53,108 nucleotides of DNA from an uncultured Bacilli bacterium (GCA_944358945.1 CALVSH010000002.1:1-53108); one strand, 5' to 3'; shown: positions 22,347-31,573, counted from the stretch's first letter. Program-made: numbers and translations. The notes: generated from the sequence alone by a model not told the origin.

Positions 22347-23150
22347 ATGAATCAAATGACAAAGTATAAACTTCAAATATTTGAAACAAATAGACTAGAT
22401 GGATGTATGTCTCAAGCTAAAAAGTTTTATCCATCAAACTATACAGAGCAAGAAATCAAAGACAAATTACAAGAAGTAAAAGAAAAAATTGGAAAAAAAT
22501 ATCATTTTAATGGCAATCATATTTTACAACCACAACAAAAAGAAATAGAAAAAACATTGGATTATCCAGATGGAAAATATATCAGGATAACAAAAGAAAA
22601 ACTAACTCAAGAAGATTACTGGTACCTAAAATTTCCTTGTGATATTCTTCTAATAGGTAAAGATTTACCAAACGTAGTAATAGGTCATAGAATGGCTGAT
22701 TGTCCAGTAATAATAGCCGAAGATATAAAACATCAAGTTGTCGCAGTATCTCACTGTGGAGCAGTACAAATCAATAGAGAAGTACCTAGATATACAATAG
22801 AAGCTCTAATAAAAGAGATAAAAAGCAATCCTCAAGACATACATGTATATATTGGTAGCTGCATAAAAAAAGAAAGTTATCAATATGACAGATATCCTCA
22901 CTGGGCCACCAACCATAATATTTGGAAAGATTGCATAACTAAAAAAGAAAATACCTATTATATAGATCTAGTAAAAGCAATCAAAAAACAACTTCAAGAA
23001 AAACAAATACCAGCACAAAATATTACAGAAAGTCCATACGATACCTATACCTCAAAAGATTATTATTCTCATACCGAAGAAGTAAAAAAACCTAACTGTA
23101 ATATAGGTCAAAACTTTGTAGGGTGTTTTTACAAAGCACTAGAAGAGTAG
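22347..23150 (+). CDS. YfiH/PgeF-like (DUF152, Cu-oxidase_4) family protein
   Basis: 267 aa. MADCPVIIAED followed by AVSHCGAV matches the ADC.P ... HaGW.G core pattern of this family. Motif level only. Confidence 0.5.
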   Translation: MNQMTKYKLQIFETNRLDGCMSQAKKFYPSNYTEQEIKDKLQEVKEKIGKKYHFNGNHILQPQQKEIEKTLDYPDGKYIRITKEKLTQEDYWYLKFPCDILLIGKDLPNVVIGHRMADCPVIIAEDIKHQVVAVSHCGAVQINREVPRYTIEALIKEIKSNPQDIHVYIGSCIKKESYQYDRYPHWATNHNIWKDCITKKENTYYIDLVKAIKKQLQEKQIPAQNITESPYDTYTSKDYYSHTEEVKKPNCNIGQNFVGCFYKALEE

Positions 23151-23166
23151 AAATACTCTTTTTTTT
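23144..23166 (+). terminator. Rho-independent terminator
   Basis: AGAGTA/TACTCT stem with GAAA loop, then T8. Overlaps the stop codon. Confidence 0.6.
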
Positions 23167-23290
23167 CATAAATTTTACACAAAAAGTTCACCATATTAAC
23201 AAATTATTTTCATACTATTATAAATAGGAGTAACCACAGATAGAAATTATTAGCAGTTTAATAAATAACAGAAAGGAATCAATCTATAAA

Positions 23291-23449
23291 ATGGTTGCTA
23301 AAGAAATGAAAAGAATAGCTTATTTTGACAATGTAAAAGGAATTTTAATTTTATTTATTATTCTAGCACATGTACTTAGTTTATGTTCCTCTTATTACAA
23401 TTACAGTGATGACTTTTCACTCTACAAAACTTATAAATATAGAAAGTAA
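23291..23449 (+). pseudogene. N-terminal stub of an acyltransferase-3 (OatA-like) gene
   Basis: 52-aa ORF MVAKEMKRIAYFDNVKGILILFIILAHVLS... matches the first TM and His motif of acyltransferase family 3, then stops. Full-length members have more than 300 aa. Confidence 0.45.
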
Positions 23450-23467
23450 TATTACAAAAAAATCCTC

Positions 23468-23496
23468 TAGACAAAAAAAAGAATACTTGCTATAAT
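23468..23496 (+). promoter_or_regulatory. Sigma-A-type promoter of the rpsF-ssb-rpsR operon
   Basis: TAGACA, 17-nt spacer, extended -10 TGCTATAAT (TATAAT at 23491-23496). Confidence 0.55.
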
Positions 23497-23563
23497 ACTA
23501 ACGAGTATTTTAAATACTCCTTGCTACATAGGTAGCCATTAGTCCAAAAGGAGGTGTAAAAAA

Positions 23564-23851
23564 ATGAGAAAGTACGAAATTATGTTTATCGTAAGACCTG
23601 ATATGGAAGAAGCAGAAATCGAAAAAACTGCAGAAAACCTTAAAAAAGTCCTAACAGATGAAAAAGCAAAAATGCTAGAAGAAAAGAAGATGGGACAAAG
23701 AGAATTAGCTTACGAAATTAGAAAATTTAAAACAGGATATTATTACTTATTCGTAGTAGAAGCAACTCCAGAAGCAGTTGCTGAATTCGACCGTGTTGTT
23801 AGAATTAATGAAAACTTATTACGTCATTTAATCGTAAAAGTAGAAGACTAA
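23564..23851 (+). CDS. rpsF: 30S ribosomal protein S6
   Basis: MRKYEIMFIVRPD..., 95 aa, canonical S6. Confidence 0.95.
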   Translation: MRKYEIMFIVRPDMEEAEIEKTAENLKKVLTDEKAKMLEEKKMGQRELAYEIRKFKTGYYYLFVVEATPEAVAEFDRVVRINENLLRHLIVKVED

Positions 23852-23865
23852 AAAAGAGGTAGAAT

Positions 23866-24360
23866 ATGAATAAAGTATTTTTAATTGGAAGATTAACAAG
23901 AGACCCTGAATTAAGATATACAGGTTCAAATACAGCTGTTGCTTCATTCTCTTTAGCAGTAAATAGAAATTTTACAAATGCCAGTGGAGAAAGAGAAGCA
24001 GATTTTATTAATATTGTTGTTTGGAGAAAACAAGCCGAAAATGTTAAAAACTATTTATCTCAAGGTAGTCAAGTAGCAATAGACGGTCGTATTCAAACAA
24101 GAAGTTATGACGATCAAAATGGTCAAAGACGTTATGTAACAGAAGTTGTAGCTGATAATGTAGAATTCCTAGGTTCAAGAGGGTCATCAAATAATACAAA
24201 TGTAAATGCTAACAGTGCAGCACCACAACAACATGATGCCGCACCTACACCATATGACTTTGGTTCAGCACCTGAACCTAAAGGTACGGATGTAGATAGC
24301 AATCCTTTCGCAGACTTTGGATCAAGTATCGAAATAAGCGATGATGAATTACCATTCTAA
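23866..24360 (+). CDS. ssb: Single-stranded DNA-binding protein
   Basis: OB-fold N-terminus MNKVFLIGRLTRDPELRYT. Acidic tail DDELPF. Confidence 0.95.
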   Translation: MNKVFLIGRLTRDPELRYTGSNTAVASFSLAVNRNFTNASGEREADFINIVVWRKQAENVKNYLSQGSQVAIDGRIQTRSYDDQNGQRRYVTEVVADNVEFLGSRGSSNNTNVNANSAAPQQHDAAPTPYDFGSAPEPKGTDVDSNPFADFGSSIEISDDELPF

Positions 24361-24377
24361 GAAAAGGAGGAATTTAA

Positions 24378-24593
24378 ATGGCAGAATTCGGACGTAGAAA
24401 GAAAAAAGTATGTATGATGTGTACTGGCGCAACAGTTGACTATAAAAATCCTGAAACTTTAAAAAGATATGTAAATGAAAAAGGAAAAATAGTTTCAAGA
24501 AGAGTTACTGGAAACTGTGCTCGTCATCAAAGATACATTTCAACACAAATTAAAAGAGCAAGAGCAATCGCTTTAATGCCTTATACAAGATAA
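24378..24593 (+). CDS. rpsR: 30S ribosomal protein S18
   Basis: 71 aa. [10 protein letters not shown] ... [21 protein letters not shown]. Confidence 0.95.
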   Translation: MAEFGRRKKKVCMMCTGATVDYKNPETLKRYVNEKGKIVSRRVTGNCARHQRYISTQIKRARAIALMPYTR

Positions 24594-24598
24594 AAATT

Positions 24599-24621
24599 GA
24601 GTTCTTTATGAACTCTTTTTT
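24599..24621 (+). terminator. Rho-independent terminator after rpsR
   Basis: GAGTTC/GAACTC stem with a 5-nt loop, then T6. Confidence 0.65.
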
Positions 24622-24679
24622 CATTTTACAAACATAGGAAAGTATTATATAATAAGTAAGAGGAATACAGGAGGCGAAA

Positions 24680-25669
24680 ATGAAGATAATAGAACAAAGA
24701 AGAGCATTAAATAAACAAATAAAAAAAGCCAAGACTATCTTCTTAATGGCTCACAAAGATCTAGATTTGGATGCCTTAGGAAGTTGTATAGGGTTAAGTT
24801 TAATATTAAAACAACGAAAAAAGGACTATTATATTATCATAGATGATAAACAACATGAATTAGGTGTTGAAAAAATCTTAAGAGAACTAGAAGGATGTAT
24901 TCCAATTATTAAAGGAGAAGATTTAGATAAACATCTATATCCAAATAACAAAAAAAATCTTTTAATTGTCCTAGATACTAATAAAACAGAATTAGTTCAA
25001 AATAAAGAAGTATTAAAAAAGATAGATAATAAAATAATAATCGATCATCACGATTTAGGGAAAACAACCATAAAAAACGCCTTAATTATCAATGATGATG
25101 AAGTATCAAGTACCTGTGAAATGATTACAGAATTAACAGAATTTTACGATGTAGAATTAGATCCATACTATGCCACTGTATTATTATCAGGAATTGTCCT
25201 AGATACTAATAACTTTACTTTAAAAACAACTGCAGAAACATATTATGCAGCATATTACTTAGCTAATCTAGGAGCAAGCGCTAAAAAAGTTCAATATCTA
25301 CTAAAACAAGATGTAGAAGAATATACTGAAAGACAAAAGTTACTAACGGATATAGAAACAATTAATAAAAAGATTGCTTTCACGAAGGCAAGTCCATACA
25401 CAATATATAGAAGAGAAGATCTAGCAAAAGTTGCGGATACCCTACTATTCTTTAACAATATAGAAGCTTCTTTTGTAATTGGAAAAGTAGGAAAAGATAC
25501 AGTAGGAATCAGTGCTAGAAGCCTAGGAAATTATAATATTACGAAAATACTAGAAAAACTAGGCGGTGGCGGAAATGATTATAATGGGGCTGCTAGAATA
25601 GAAAAAACTACGATTAGTAAAGTAGAACAAGAGTTAAAAAAAGCAATCGCTAAAGAAGAGGGTGAATAA
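24680..25669 (+). CDS. Stand-alone DHH/DHHA1 phosphoesterase in the GdpP (yybT) position
   Basis: 329 aa. HKDLDLDALGS, IIIDHHD and LDTNNF motifs, with DHHA1 region LGGGGNDYNGAA. No TM, PAS or GGDEF module. Confidence 0.8.
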   Translation: MKIIEQRRALNKQIKKAKTIFLMAHKDLDLDALGSCIGLSLILKQRKKDYYIIIDDKQHELGVEKILRELEGCIPIIKGEDLDKHLYPNNKKNLLIVLDTNKTELVQNKEVLKKIDNKIIIDHHDLGKTTIKNALIINDDEVSSTCEMITELTEFYDVELDPYYATVLLSGIVLDTNNFTLKTTAETYYAAYYLANLGASAKKVQYLLKQDVEEYTERQKLLTDIETINKKIAFTKASPYTIYRREDLAKVADTLLFFNNIEASFVIGKVGKDTVGISARSLGNYNITKILEKLGGGGNDYNGAARIEKTTISKVEQELKKAIAKEEGE

Positions 25670-25670
25670 C

Positions 25671-26111
25671 ATGGAAGTAATCTTTATCAAAGATTTAAAA
25701 AACCAAGCTAAAAAAGGTGACATAAAAAAAGTAAAAGATGGCTATGCTGAAAACTTTTTAATAAAAAATGGCTATGCTGTTATCAAAAATAAAGAAAATC
25801 TAGCAAAACTAGAAAAAGAAAAACAAACAAAAGCAAATCTTGATGCTGAAAATAAAAAGAAAGCAGAAGAGATGAAAAAGGAACTAGATAAATTAGTTCT
25901 AGAATTCAAAGTAAAAACAGGAGAAGGAGACAGAGTCTTTGGAAGTGTAAGTATTAAACAAGTAAAAGATGCACTTTCGAAAGCAGGATATAAGATTGAA
26001 AAAAGCCAGATAAATCTAACAACATCCATGGCAAGTTTAGGTTTTCATCGCGTTGAAATAAATTTATATCCAGGAATAGTCGCAACTGTTAAAGCACACA
26101 TCATAAAATAG
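25671..26111 (+). CDS. rplI: 50S ribosomal protein L9
   Basis: MEVIFIKDLKNQAKKGDIKKVKDGYAENFL. The ATG follows a GAGGGTGA RBS. Confidence 0.93.
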   Translation: MEVIFIKDLKNQAKKGDIKKVKDGYAENFLIKNGYAVIKNKENLAKLEKEKQTKANLDAENKKKAEEMKKELDKLVLEFKVKTGEGDRVFGSVSIKQVKDALSKAGYKIEKSQINLTTSMASLGFHRVEINLYPGIVATVKAHIIK

Positions 26112-26121
26112 GAGTGAGGAT

Positions 26122-27474
26122 ATGCCAATAAGAACATTACCAAACAACATAGAAGCAGAAGAATCTGTTTTAGGAGCATGTTTTTTATCAAAGTATGCTT
26201 TACAAAAAGCCTGTGAAAATTTAACACCAGACTCTTTTTATGATGAAAAAAATGGTAAAATATTTGCGGCAATGAAAACTTTAATTAAAGAAAAAAAACC
26301 AAATGATATCACAACAGTAACCGGATATTTAAAAAAACAAAATCAACTAACAGAAGTTGGAGGAGTAGAATATTTAACAGAAGTATTAAACTTTGTACCA
26401 ACGGCAAGTAATGTAGACTATTATATAAAAAACGTTGAAGATGCATCTATTCTAAGAAAATTAATAGAAACCGCTACTGAAATAGCATCAGAAGGTTATA
26501 GAACAGATGAAACAGTTAACGAAATTCTAGACAATTCAGAGAAAAAAATATTGAACATTGTAAAAAATAGAAAGTCTAGCGAATTTCGTTCTATAAAAGA
26601 AATATTACAAAAAACACAAGCAGATCTAGAAAGACTATCTGAACACAAAGGAGAAGTAACGGGAATAGGTACTGGATGGTATGATCTAGATAAACTAACA
26701 ACTGGATTGCATCCCAATGAATTAATCATTATCGCGGCACGTCCAGCTATGGGAAAAACCGTTTTTGCTCTAAATCTTGCGACTCATGTCGCTATGACCC
26801 AGGATAAGTCAGTGGCTCTTTTTAATCTAGAAATGAGTGCAGAGCAACTAGCAATCAGAATTATTTCATCACTAGGTCAAATCGATGGATTCAAACTACG
26901 TACTGGTAATTTAATGAACACAGATTGGAAAAGAATAAATGAAGCATCATCCCAACTAGCTAATACAAATCTAGTGATGGATGATACTCCAGGTATTACA
27001 ATTGGAGAAATACGTGCCAAGTGTAGAAGACTTGCTAGTAGTGAAAAAGGTCTAGGCTTAATAATTATTGATTATCTTCAGTTAATCTCTGGAGGTAAAA
27101 ATTATGGAGCTAATCGACAACAAGAGGTATCAGATATTTCTAGAAGTCTAAAAACCCTAGCTATGGAGCTACAAGTTCCCGTAATAGCCTTATCACAATT
27201 ATCACGTAGTGTAGAATCTCGTGAAGATAAAAGACCAATCATGAGTGACTTACGTGAATCAGGATCAATCGAACAAGATGCTGATATCGTAGGATTTCTA
27301 TATAGAGATGACTACTACAAAAAAGAAGCTAGAAATGAAGATAACACCAGTATTGTAGAAGTTATTATTGGAAAACATCGTAATGGACCAACCGCAACCA
27401 TCGAATTACTGTTTAAAAAAGACACATCAACGATGTTAAACCTTAGTAAAGGAAATAGAGGTGAAGAAGCGTAA
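26122..27474 (+). CDS. dnaB: Replicative DNA helicase (DnaB family; DnaC in Bacillus nomenclature)
   Basis: 450 aa. PNNIEAEESVLGA N-terminus, Walker A ARPAMGKT, IIDYLQL, RNGPT. Confidence 0.95.
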   Translation: MPIRTLPNNIEAEESVLGACFLSKYALQKACENLTPDSFYDEKNGKIFAAMKTLIKEKKPNDITTVTGYLKKQNQLTEVGGVEYLTEVLNFVPTASNVDYYIKNVEDASILRKLIETATEIASEGYRTDETVNEILDNSEKKILNIVKNRKSSEFRSIKEILQKTQADLERLSEHKGEVTGIGTGWYDLDKLTTGLHPNELIIIAARPAMGKTVFALNLATHVAMTQDKSVALFNLEMSAEQLAIRIISSLGQIDGFKLRTGNLMNTDWKRINEASSQLANTNLVMDDTPGITIGEIRAKCRRLASSEKGLGLIIIDYLQLISGGKNYGANRQQEVSDISRSLKTLAMELQVPVIALSQLSRSVESREDKRPIMSDLRESGSIEQDADIVGFLYRDDYYKKEARNEDNTSIVEVIIGKHRNGPTATIELLFKKDTSTMLNLSKGNRGEEA

Positions 27475-27475
27475 G

Positions 27476-28960
27476 ATGAAACATAAAATAAATAAAATTT
27501 TATTAATACTAATATTAGGGATAACTCTTCCATTTTTAACTGCCTATTCATCTGCCACCCCTAAAACTTTATATCGTGTTTATTTAAAAGGGGAATCTAT
27601 AGGATTAATAGAATCAAGGACAGAACTAGAGGAGTATATTGATAAAAAACAAAACCAAATAAAAGAAAAATTTGGAGTAGACAAAGTATATCTACCAGAA
27701 GATTTGGACATAGAAAAAGAAGTGACTTTTGATAATGATATATTAAGTGTAAAAGAAATTTACAACAAAATTAAAGATATTTCACCATTTACAATCAATG
27801 GTTATGCAATCACCATTGGTGCAGTTGACTCACAAGCAGTTGATGGTACAGAAGTAAAAGGTAAAAAGCAAACAATATATGTTCTAGATAAACAAGTATT
27901 TGAAGACGCAGTAGATAATGTAGTACATTCATTCATTTCTGAAAAAGACTATGAAAATTATGCCAATGATACTCAAGAAGAGATTGAAGATACAGGAACA
28001 ATAATTGAAAGAATATATATAGAAAATAAAATTACTATTAGTAAAAGAAATATCCCAGTAGATGAAACAATCTATCAAGATACAGATACCTTGAGTCAAT
28101 ATTTAATGTTTGGTACAACAGAGCCACAACAAACTTATACAGTACAAGCTGGTGATACAATTGAACAAATCTCTTTCAACAACAAGATTTCAACAGAGGA
28201 ATTTTTAATTGCTAACCCAGACTTTACAAGTGCAAATACACTGTTGTATGCAGGACAAGTTGTAACATTAGGTATATTGAAACCACAGTTTAGAGTTGTA
28301 GAAGAGGATCATGTAGTGTTAGATGAAGAAACAAATTATCAAACAGAAACACAATATGACAACAACAAAGAAGTAGGTTATAGTGAAGTAAAACAAGCTG
28401 GTGTAAAAGGAGTAACCAGGGTAACTCAAAAAGTTCAAAAAGTAAATGGAGAAACTGTATCTGTTGCCAGAGTATCATCTGAAGTTCTAAAAGAACCTGT
28501 AAATGAAATCATCGTAAAAGGTGGTAAAAAATCAAGTTACTCAGGTTATGGAGAAGCAGTTACTACAGCTGGAGAATGGGGATGGCCTGCAACGTGTTCA
28601 TCTGTATCAAGTCCATTTGGATATAGATGGGGAACTTTACATGACGCTATCGATATTGCTGGATGTGGATACGGCTCAAATATCTTTGCCGCAAAAGATG
28701 GTATTGTAGTACAATCATCATATAAATATGACAATGGAGAATTTGTAACTATAGATCATGGAAATGGATATTATTCACTATATGCACATATGGTATCAGG
28801 TTCAAGAAGAGTTAAAGTTGGAGACTATGTTGTAAAAGGACAAGTTATAGGAAGTATGGGTAGAACAGGAGCCGCAACAGGAGTACATTTACACTATGCT
28901 ATCTGGAGAGGTTTCCCATATCGTGGTGGAAGACCATTGAACCCATTAGCGTTCTATTAA
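27476..28960 (+). CDS. Secreted LysM-G5-M23 peptidoglycan endopeptidase
   Basis: Signal or anchor segment, LysM (YTVQAGDTIEQISFNNKIS), G5-like segment, M23 motifs HDAIDIAG and TGVHLHY. Confidence 0.8.
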   Translation: MKHKINKILLILILGITLPFLTAYSSATPKTLYRVYLKGESIGLIESRTELEEYIDKKQNQIKEKFGVDKVYLPEDLDIEKEVTFDNDILSVKEIYNKIKDISPFTINGYAITIGAVDSQAVDGTEVKGKKQTIYVLDKQVFEDAVDNVVHSFISEKDYENYANDTQEEIEDTGTIIERIYIENKITISKRNIPVDETIYQDTDTLSQYLMFGTTEPQQTYTVQAGDTIEQISFNNKISTEEFLIANPDFTSANTLLYAGQVVTLGILKPQFRVVEEDHVVLDEETNYQTETQYDNNKEVGYSEVKQAGVKGVTRVTQKVQKVNGETVSVARVSSEVLKEPVNEIIVKGGKKSSYSGYGEAVTTAGEWGWPATCSSVSSPFGYRWGTLHDAIDIAGCGYGSNIFAAKDGIVVQSSYKYDNGEFVTIDHGNGYYSLYAHMVSGSRRVKVGDYVVKGQVIGSMGRTGAATGVHLHYAIWRGFPYRGGRPLNPLAFY

Positions 28961-28961
28961 A

Positions 28962-29717
28962 ATGAAAGTTAAAACAATAGCCAGTGGTTCAAAAGGAAAT
29001 TGTTCAATAGTATTATGTGAAAATACAAATATAATTATAGATATGGGAATTTCCTACTTAACTCTAAAGAGGAGTTTAGAAGAAAATTCCCTTTCTTTTG
29101 AACAATTTGCTGGAATTTTAATTACACATAGTCATAAAGATCATATTAATGGATTAAAATCATTGATAAAACATACCAACTTAAAAGTTTATATACCAGA
29201 GAAAATGTATGAAGACCTAGAAGAAATTGTACCAAGATATCGTTGTGAATTTATTGAAGACAAATTTAATATTCAAGAAGTAGATATAGAATTAATCCAT
29301 ACTTCTCATGACACATCATGTTCAGTAGGATTTATTATCTATTACCAAGATAAATCACTCGTATATGTAACAGATACAGGATATATCAATAGAAAATATT
29401 TAGCCAAGATGACCGAAAAAGATATCTATGTTATAGAAGCCAATCATGATGAAATTATGTTAATGGATGGACCATATCCAAGATTCTTAAAAGAAAGAGT
29501 TATTAGTGATAAAGGTCATTTATCAAATAAAACAACAGCCAAATATTTAAAAAAAGTAATTGGTAAAAATACAAAATATATAGTATTAGCACATTTGAGT
29601 GAAAAAAATAACACAGAAGAAAAAGCTTTAGAAGCAATCAAAGATGAACTAGGAGAAACTAATATTAATGTTTTGATAGCCAGACAAAAAGAAGAAAGTC
29701 CAATGCTTGAGGTGTAG
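28962..29717 (+). CDS. MBL-fold metallo-hydrolase (YycJ/WalJ-like)
   Basis: 251 aa. ITHSHKDH (HxHxDH). Lies upstream of rlmH as in Bacillus. Confidence 0.8.
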   Translation: MKVKTIASGSKGNCSIVLCENTNIIIDMGISYLTLKRSLEENSLSFEQFAGILITHSHKDHINGLKSLIKHTNLKVYIPEKMYEDLEEIVPRYRCEFIEDKFNIQEVDIELIHTSHDTSCSVGFIIYYQDKSLVYVTDTGYINRKYLAKMTEKDIYVIEANHDEIMLMDGPYPRFLKERVISDKGHLSNKTTAKYLKKVIGKNTKYIVLAHLSEKNNTEEKALEAIKDELGETNINVLIARQKEESPMLEV

Positions 29718-29718
29718 T

Positions 29719-30174
29719 ATGATAAAAATAATTACAGTAGGTAGTATAAAAGAAAAATATTTAAAAGATGCCATAGAAGAATATAAAAAAAGACTAAGTA
29801 AATATACAAAATTAGAAATAATAGAAGTAAAAGATGAAGGTTTATGTCCACCACAACAAGCCATGCAAAAGGAATCAGAAAAGATAAATAAATACTTATC
29901 TGAAAAAGATTACATAATCACTCTAGAAATAGAAGGTAAAGAACTAACATCAGAGGAATTTTCTAAAAAACTAGATGAGATTATGATAAGAAATAGTAAT
30001 ATAACATTTATAATTGGTGGAAGTTATGGAATTGATAAATCAATTAAAGACAAGGCAAAATACCATCTATCTTTTTCTAAAATGACATTTCCTCATCAAT
30101 TATTTAGAGTTCTACTACTAGAACAAATATATAGAGCATTTAAAATCATGAATAACGAAAGTTATCATAAATAG
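29719..30174 (+). CDS. rlmH: 23S rRNA (pseudouridine1915-N3)-methyltransferase
   Basis: SPOUT-fold RlmH (MIKIITVGSIKEKYL ... IGGSYG ... MTFPHQLFRVLLLEQIYRA). ATG at 29719 follows GAGGTG. Confidence 0.93.
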   Translation: MIKIITVGSIKEKYLKDAIEEYKKRLSKYTKLEIIEVKDEGLCPPQQAMQKESEKINKYLSEKDYIITLEIEGKELTSEEFSKKLDEIMIRNSNITFIIGGSYGIDKSIKDKAKYHLSFSKMTFPHQLFRVLLLEQIYRAFKIMNNESYHK

Positions 30175-30184
30175 AGGTAGAAAT

Positions 30185-30553
30185 ATGAAATATCTTAAAG
30201 TGATGGATAATATTAAATCAAATGCTAATCCAAATATAGTTTATAAAATCAATGAAGTAAATGTTGCGCAACATTGAAACAAAAATGCTGAAACTCCAGA
30301 GGAAATGGCAGGATTTAACTTTTCTACAGAAGATAAAATACTAAGATGAAACGCCATTTACGAGGTGATAATTCCAGAAGGAACCGAAGTAAATGAATGT
30401 GAATCACCTTCTACTCCACATGGAGTATTTAGAACTAATAAAATAATAATAAAAAATCCAATAGAAGTAACCGATGAAGTAGCCCTAGACTTGTATAAAA
30501 AATCTGACTTGCCATGGAAGTCATATATTCAAATATTATCTAGCGGCATTTAA
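30185..30553 (+). pseudogene. 122-codon ORF interrupted by two in-frame TGA codons (pseudogene or recoded gene)
   Basis: AGAGGTAG RBS plus ATG at 30185. Single frame through to TAA at 30551-30553, apart from TGA at 30275-30277 and 30347-30349. The track only shows the last 62 codons (30365..30553). Confidence 0.5.
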
Positions 30554-30625
30554 TTATAAAAATACATCATATAAAATTCTAGAAGAAAAAAATAAAAAGT
30601 TTGCAATATGAGAAAGAGGGATAAA

Positions 30626-31288
30626 ATGATAGGTAATAGCTGGGACGAATTATTAAAACAAGAATATCAAAAGGAATACTTTAAAAACTTAATGGATTTT
30701 ATCAAAGAAGAATATAAAACCAAAACAGTTTATCCAAAACAAAGTGAAGTATTTAATGCTTTTCGATATACAGATTTTGACAATGTAAAAGTGGTAATTT
30801 TAGGACAAGATCCCTATCATGGACCAAATCAAGCAGAGGGTTTATCTTTTTCAGTAAGTAATGAAGTATTAAAACCACCGTCATTAAAAAACATTTTTAA
30901 GGAATTAGAAAGTGACTTAGGAATACCATTTCCAAAACATAACTCACTTAAACCCTGGGCCAAAGAAGGTGTTCTACTATTAAATGCAGTTCTAACAGTA
31001 GAAGCACATACACCAACATCGCACAAAAATCATGGCTGGGAACAATTTACAGACCAAGTAATTGAAATTATCAATAAAAAACAAACACCTGTTGTATTTA
31101 TTTTATGGGGAAGCTATGCAAGAGCAAAAAAGAAATTAATTACGAATCCTATACACTATGTTATTGAATCAGCACATCCATCTCCATTTTCTGCATATAA
31201 TGGTTTCTTTGGTAGTAAACCGTTTTCTAAAACAAATGAGTTTTTAAAAAGTAAAGGACTAAAACCAATTGATTGGCGAGTAGAATAA
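30626..31288 (+). CDS. ung: Uracil-DNA glycosylase (family 1)
   Basis: VVILGQDPYHGPNQAEGLSFSV and HPSPFS motifs. ATG at 30626 follows an AGAGGGA RBS. Confidence 0.95.
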   Translation: MIGNSWDELLKQEYQKEYFKNLMDFIKEEYKTKTVYPKQSEVFNAFRYTDFDNVKVVILGQDPYHGPNQAEGLSFSVSNEVLKPPSLKNIFKELESDLGIPFPKHNSLKPWAKEGVLLLNAVLTVEAHTPTSHKNHGWEQFTDQVIEIINKKQTPVVFILWGSYARAKKKLITNPIHYVIESAHPSPFSAYNGFFGSKPFSKTNEFLKSKGLKPIDWRVE

Positions 31289-31295
31289 TTACATA

Positions 31296-31342
31296 AGAAA
31301 AACACTATAAGTCTTTATTTTATAGGAATTATAGTGTTTTTT
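31296..31342. terminator. Bidirectional rho-independent terminator after ung
   Basis: 10-bp stem AACACTATAA (31301-31310) / TTATAGTGTT (31329-31338), flanked by A5 upstream and T6 downstream. Confidence 0.7.
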
Positions 31343-31438
31343 CTTATACTATCTCTTTTTATTAAATTCACTTAAATTTCTCAGCTTTTTGCTAAATTGT
31401 TTAGAAGATTCATGGTAAAAGGTAGTTTCCACATCTTT

Positions 31439-31573
31439 TTAATCTTCTCCATCCCAATCTTTAGGACCAACAAAATAACTTAATCCATAATCAATGGATT
31501 GCTTAGAGTCGTTTACAGTAGAACAAACCGGTAAAATTAATTTTCCTTTTTTACCAATTTTAATATTACCCAT
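31439..31573 (-). CDS. Speculative 44-codon small ORF
   Basis: ATG at 31573 preceded by AGGA. MGNIKIGKKGKLILPVCSTVNDSKQSIDYGLSYFVGPKDWDGED. The frame stays open for 25 more codons beyond its TAA. No family recognised. Confidence 0.2.
   Translation of the reverse strand: MGNIKIGKKGKLILPVCSTVNDSKQSIDYGLSYFVGPKDWDGED

Noticed and set aside
28290-28734. Three 62-aa ORFs (28290..28478 minus strand, 28521..28709 plus strand, 28546..28734 minus strand) overlapping the M23 peptidase gene.
   Set aside because: They are alternative-frame reads of a gene with clear G5 and M23 motifs, with no independent signals.
30275-30349. The two in-frame TGAs might encode selenocysteine.
   Set aside because: The local context looks like Trp/aromatic positions, not a redox Cys/Sec motif. 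I see no obvious SECIS-like hairpin immediately 3' of either codon. Two Sec codons in a 122-aa protein of this type would be implausible.
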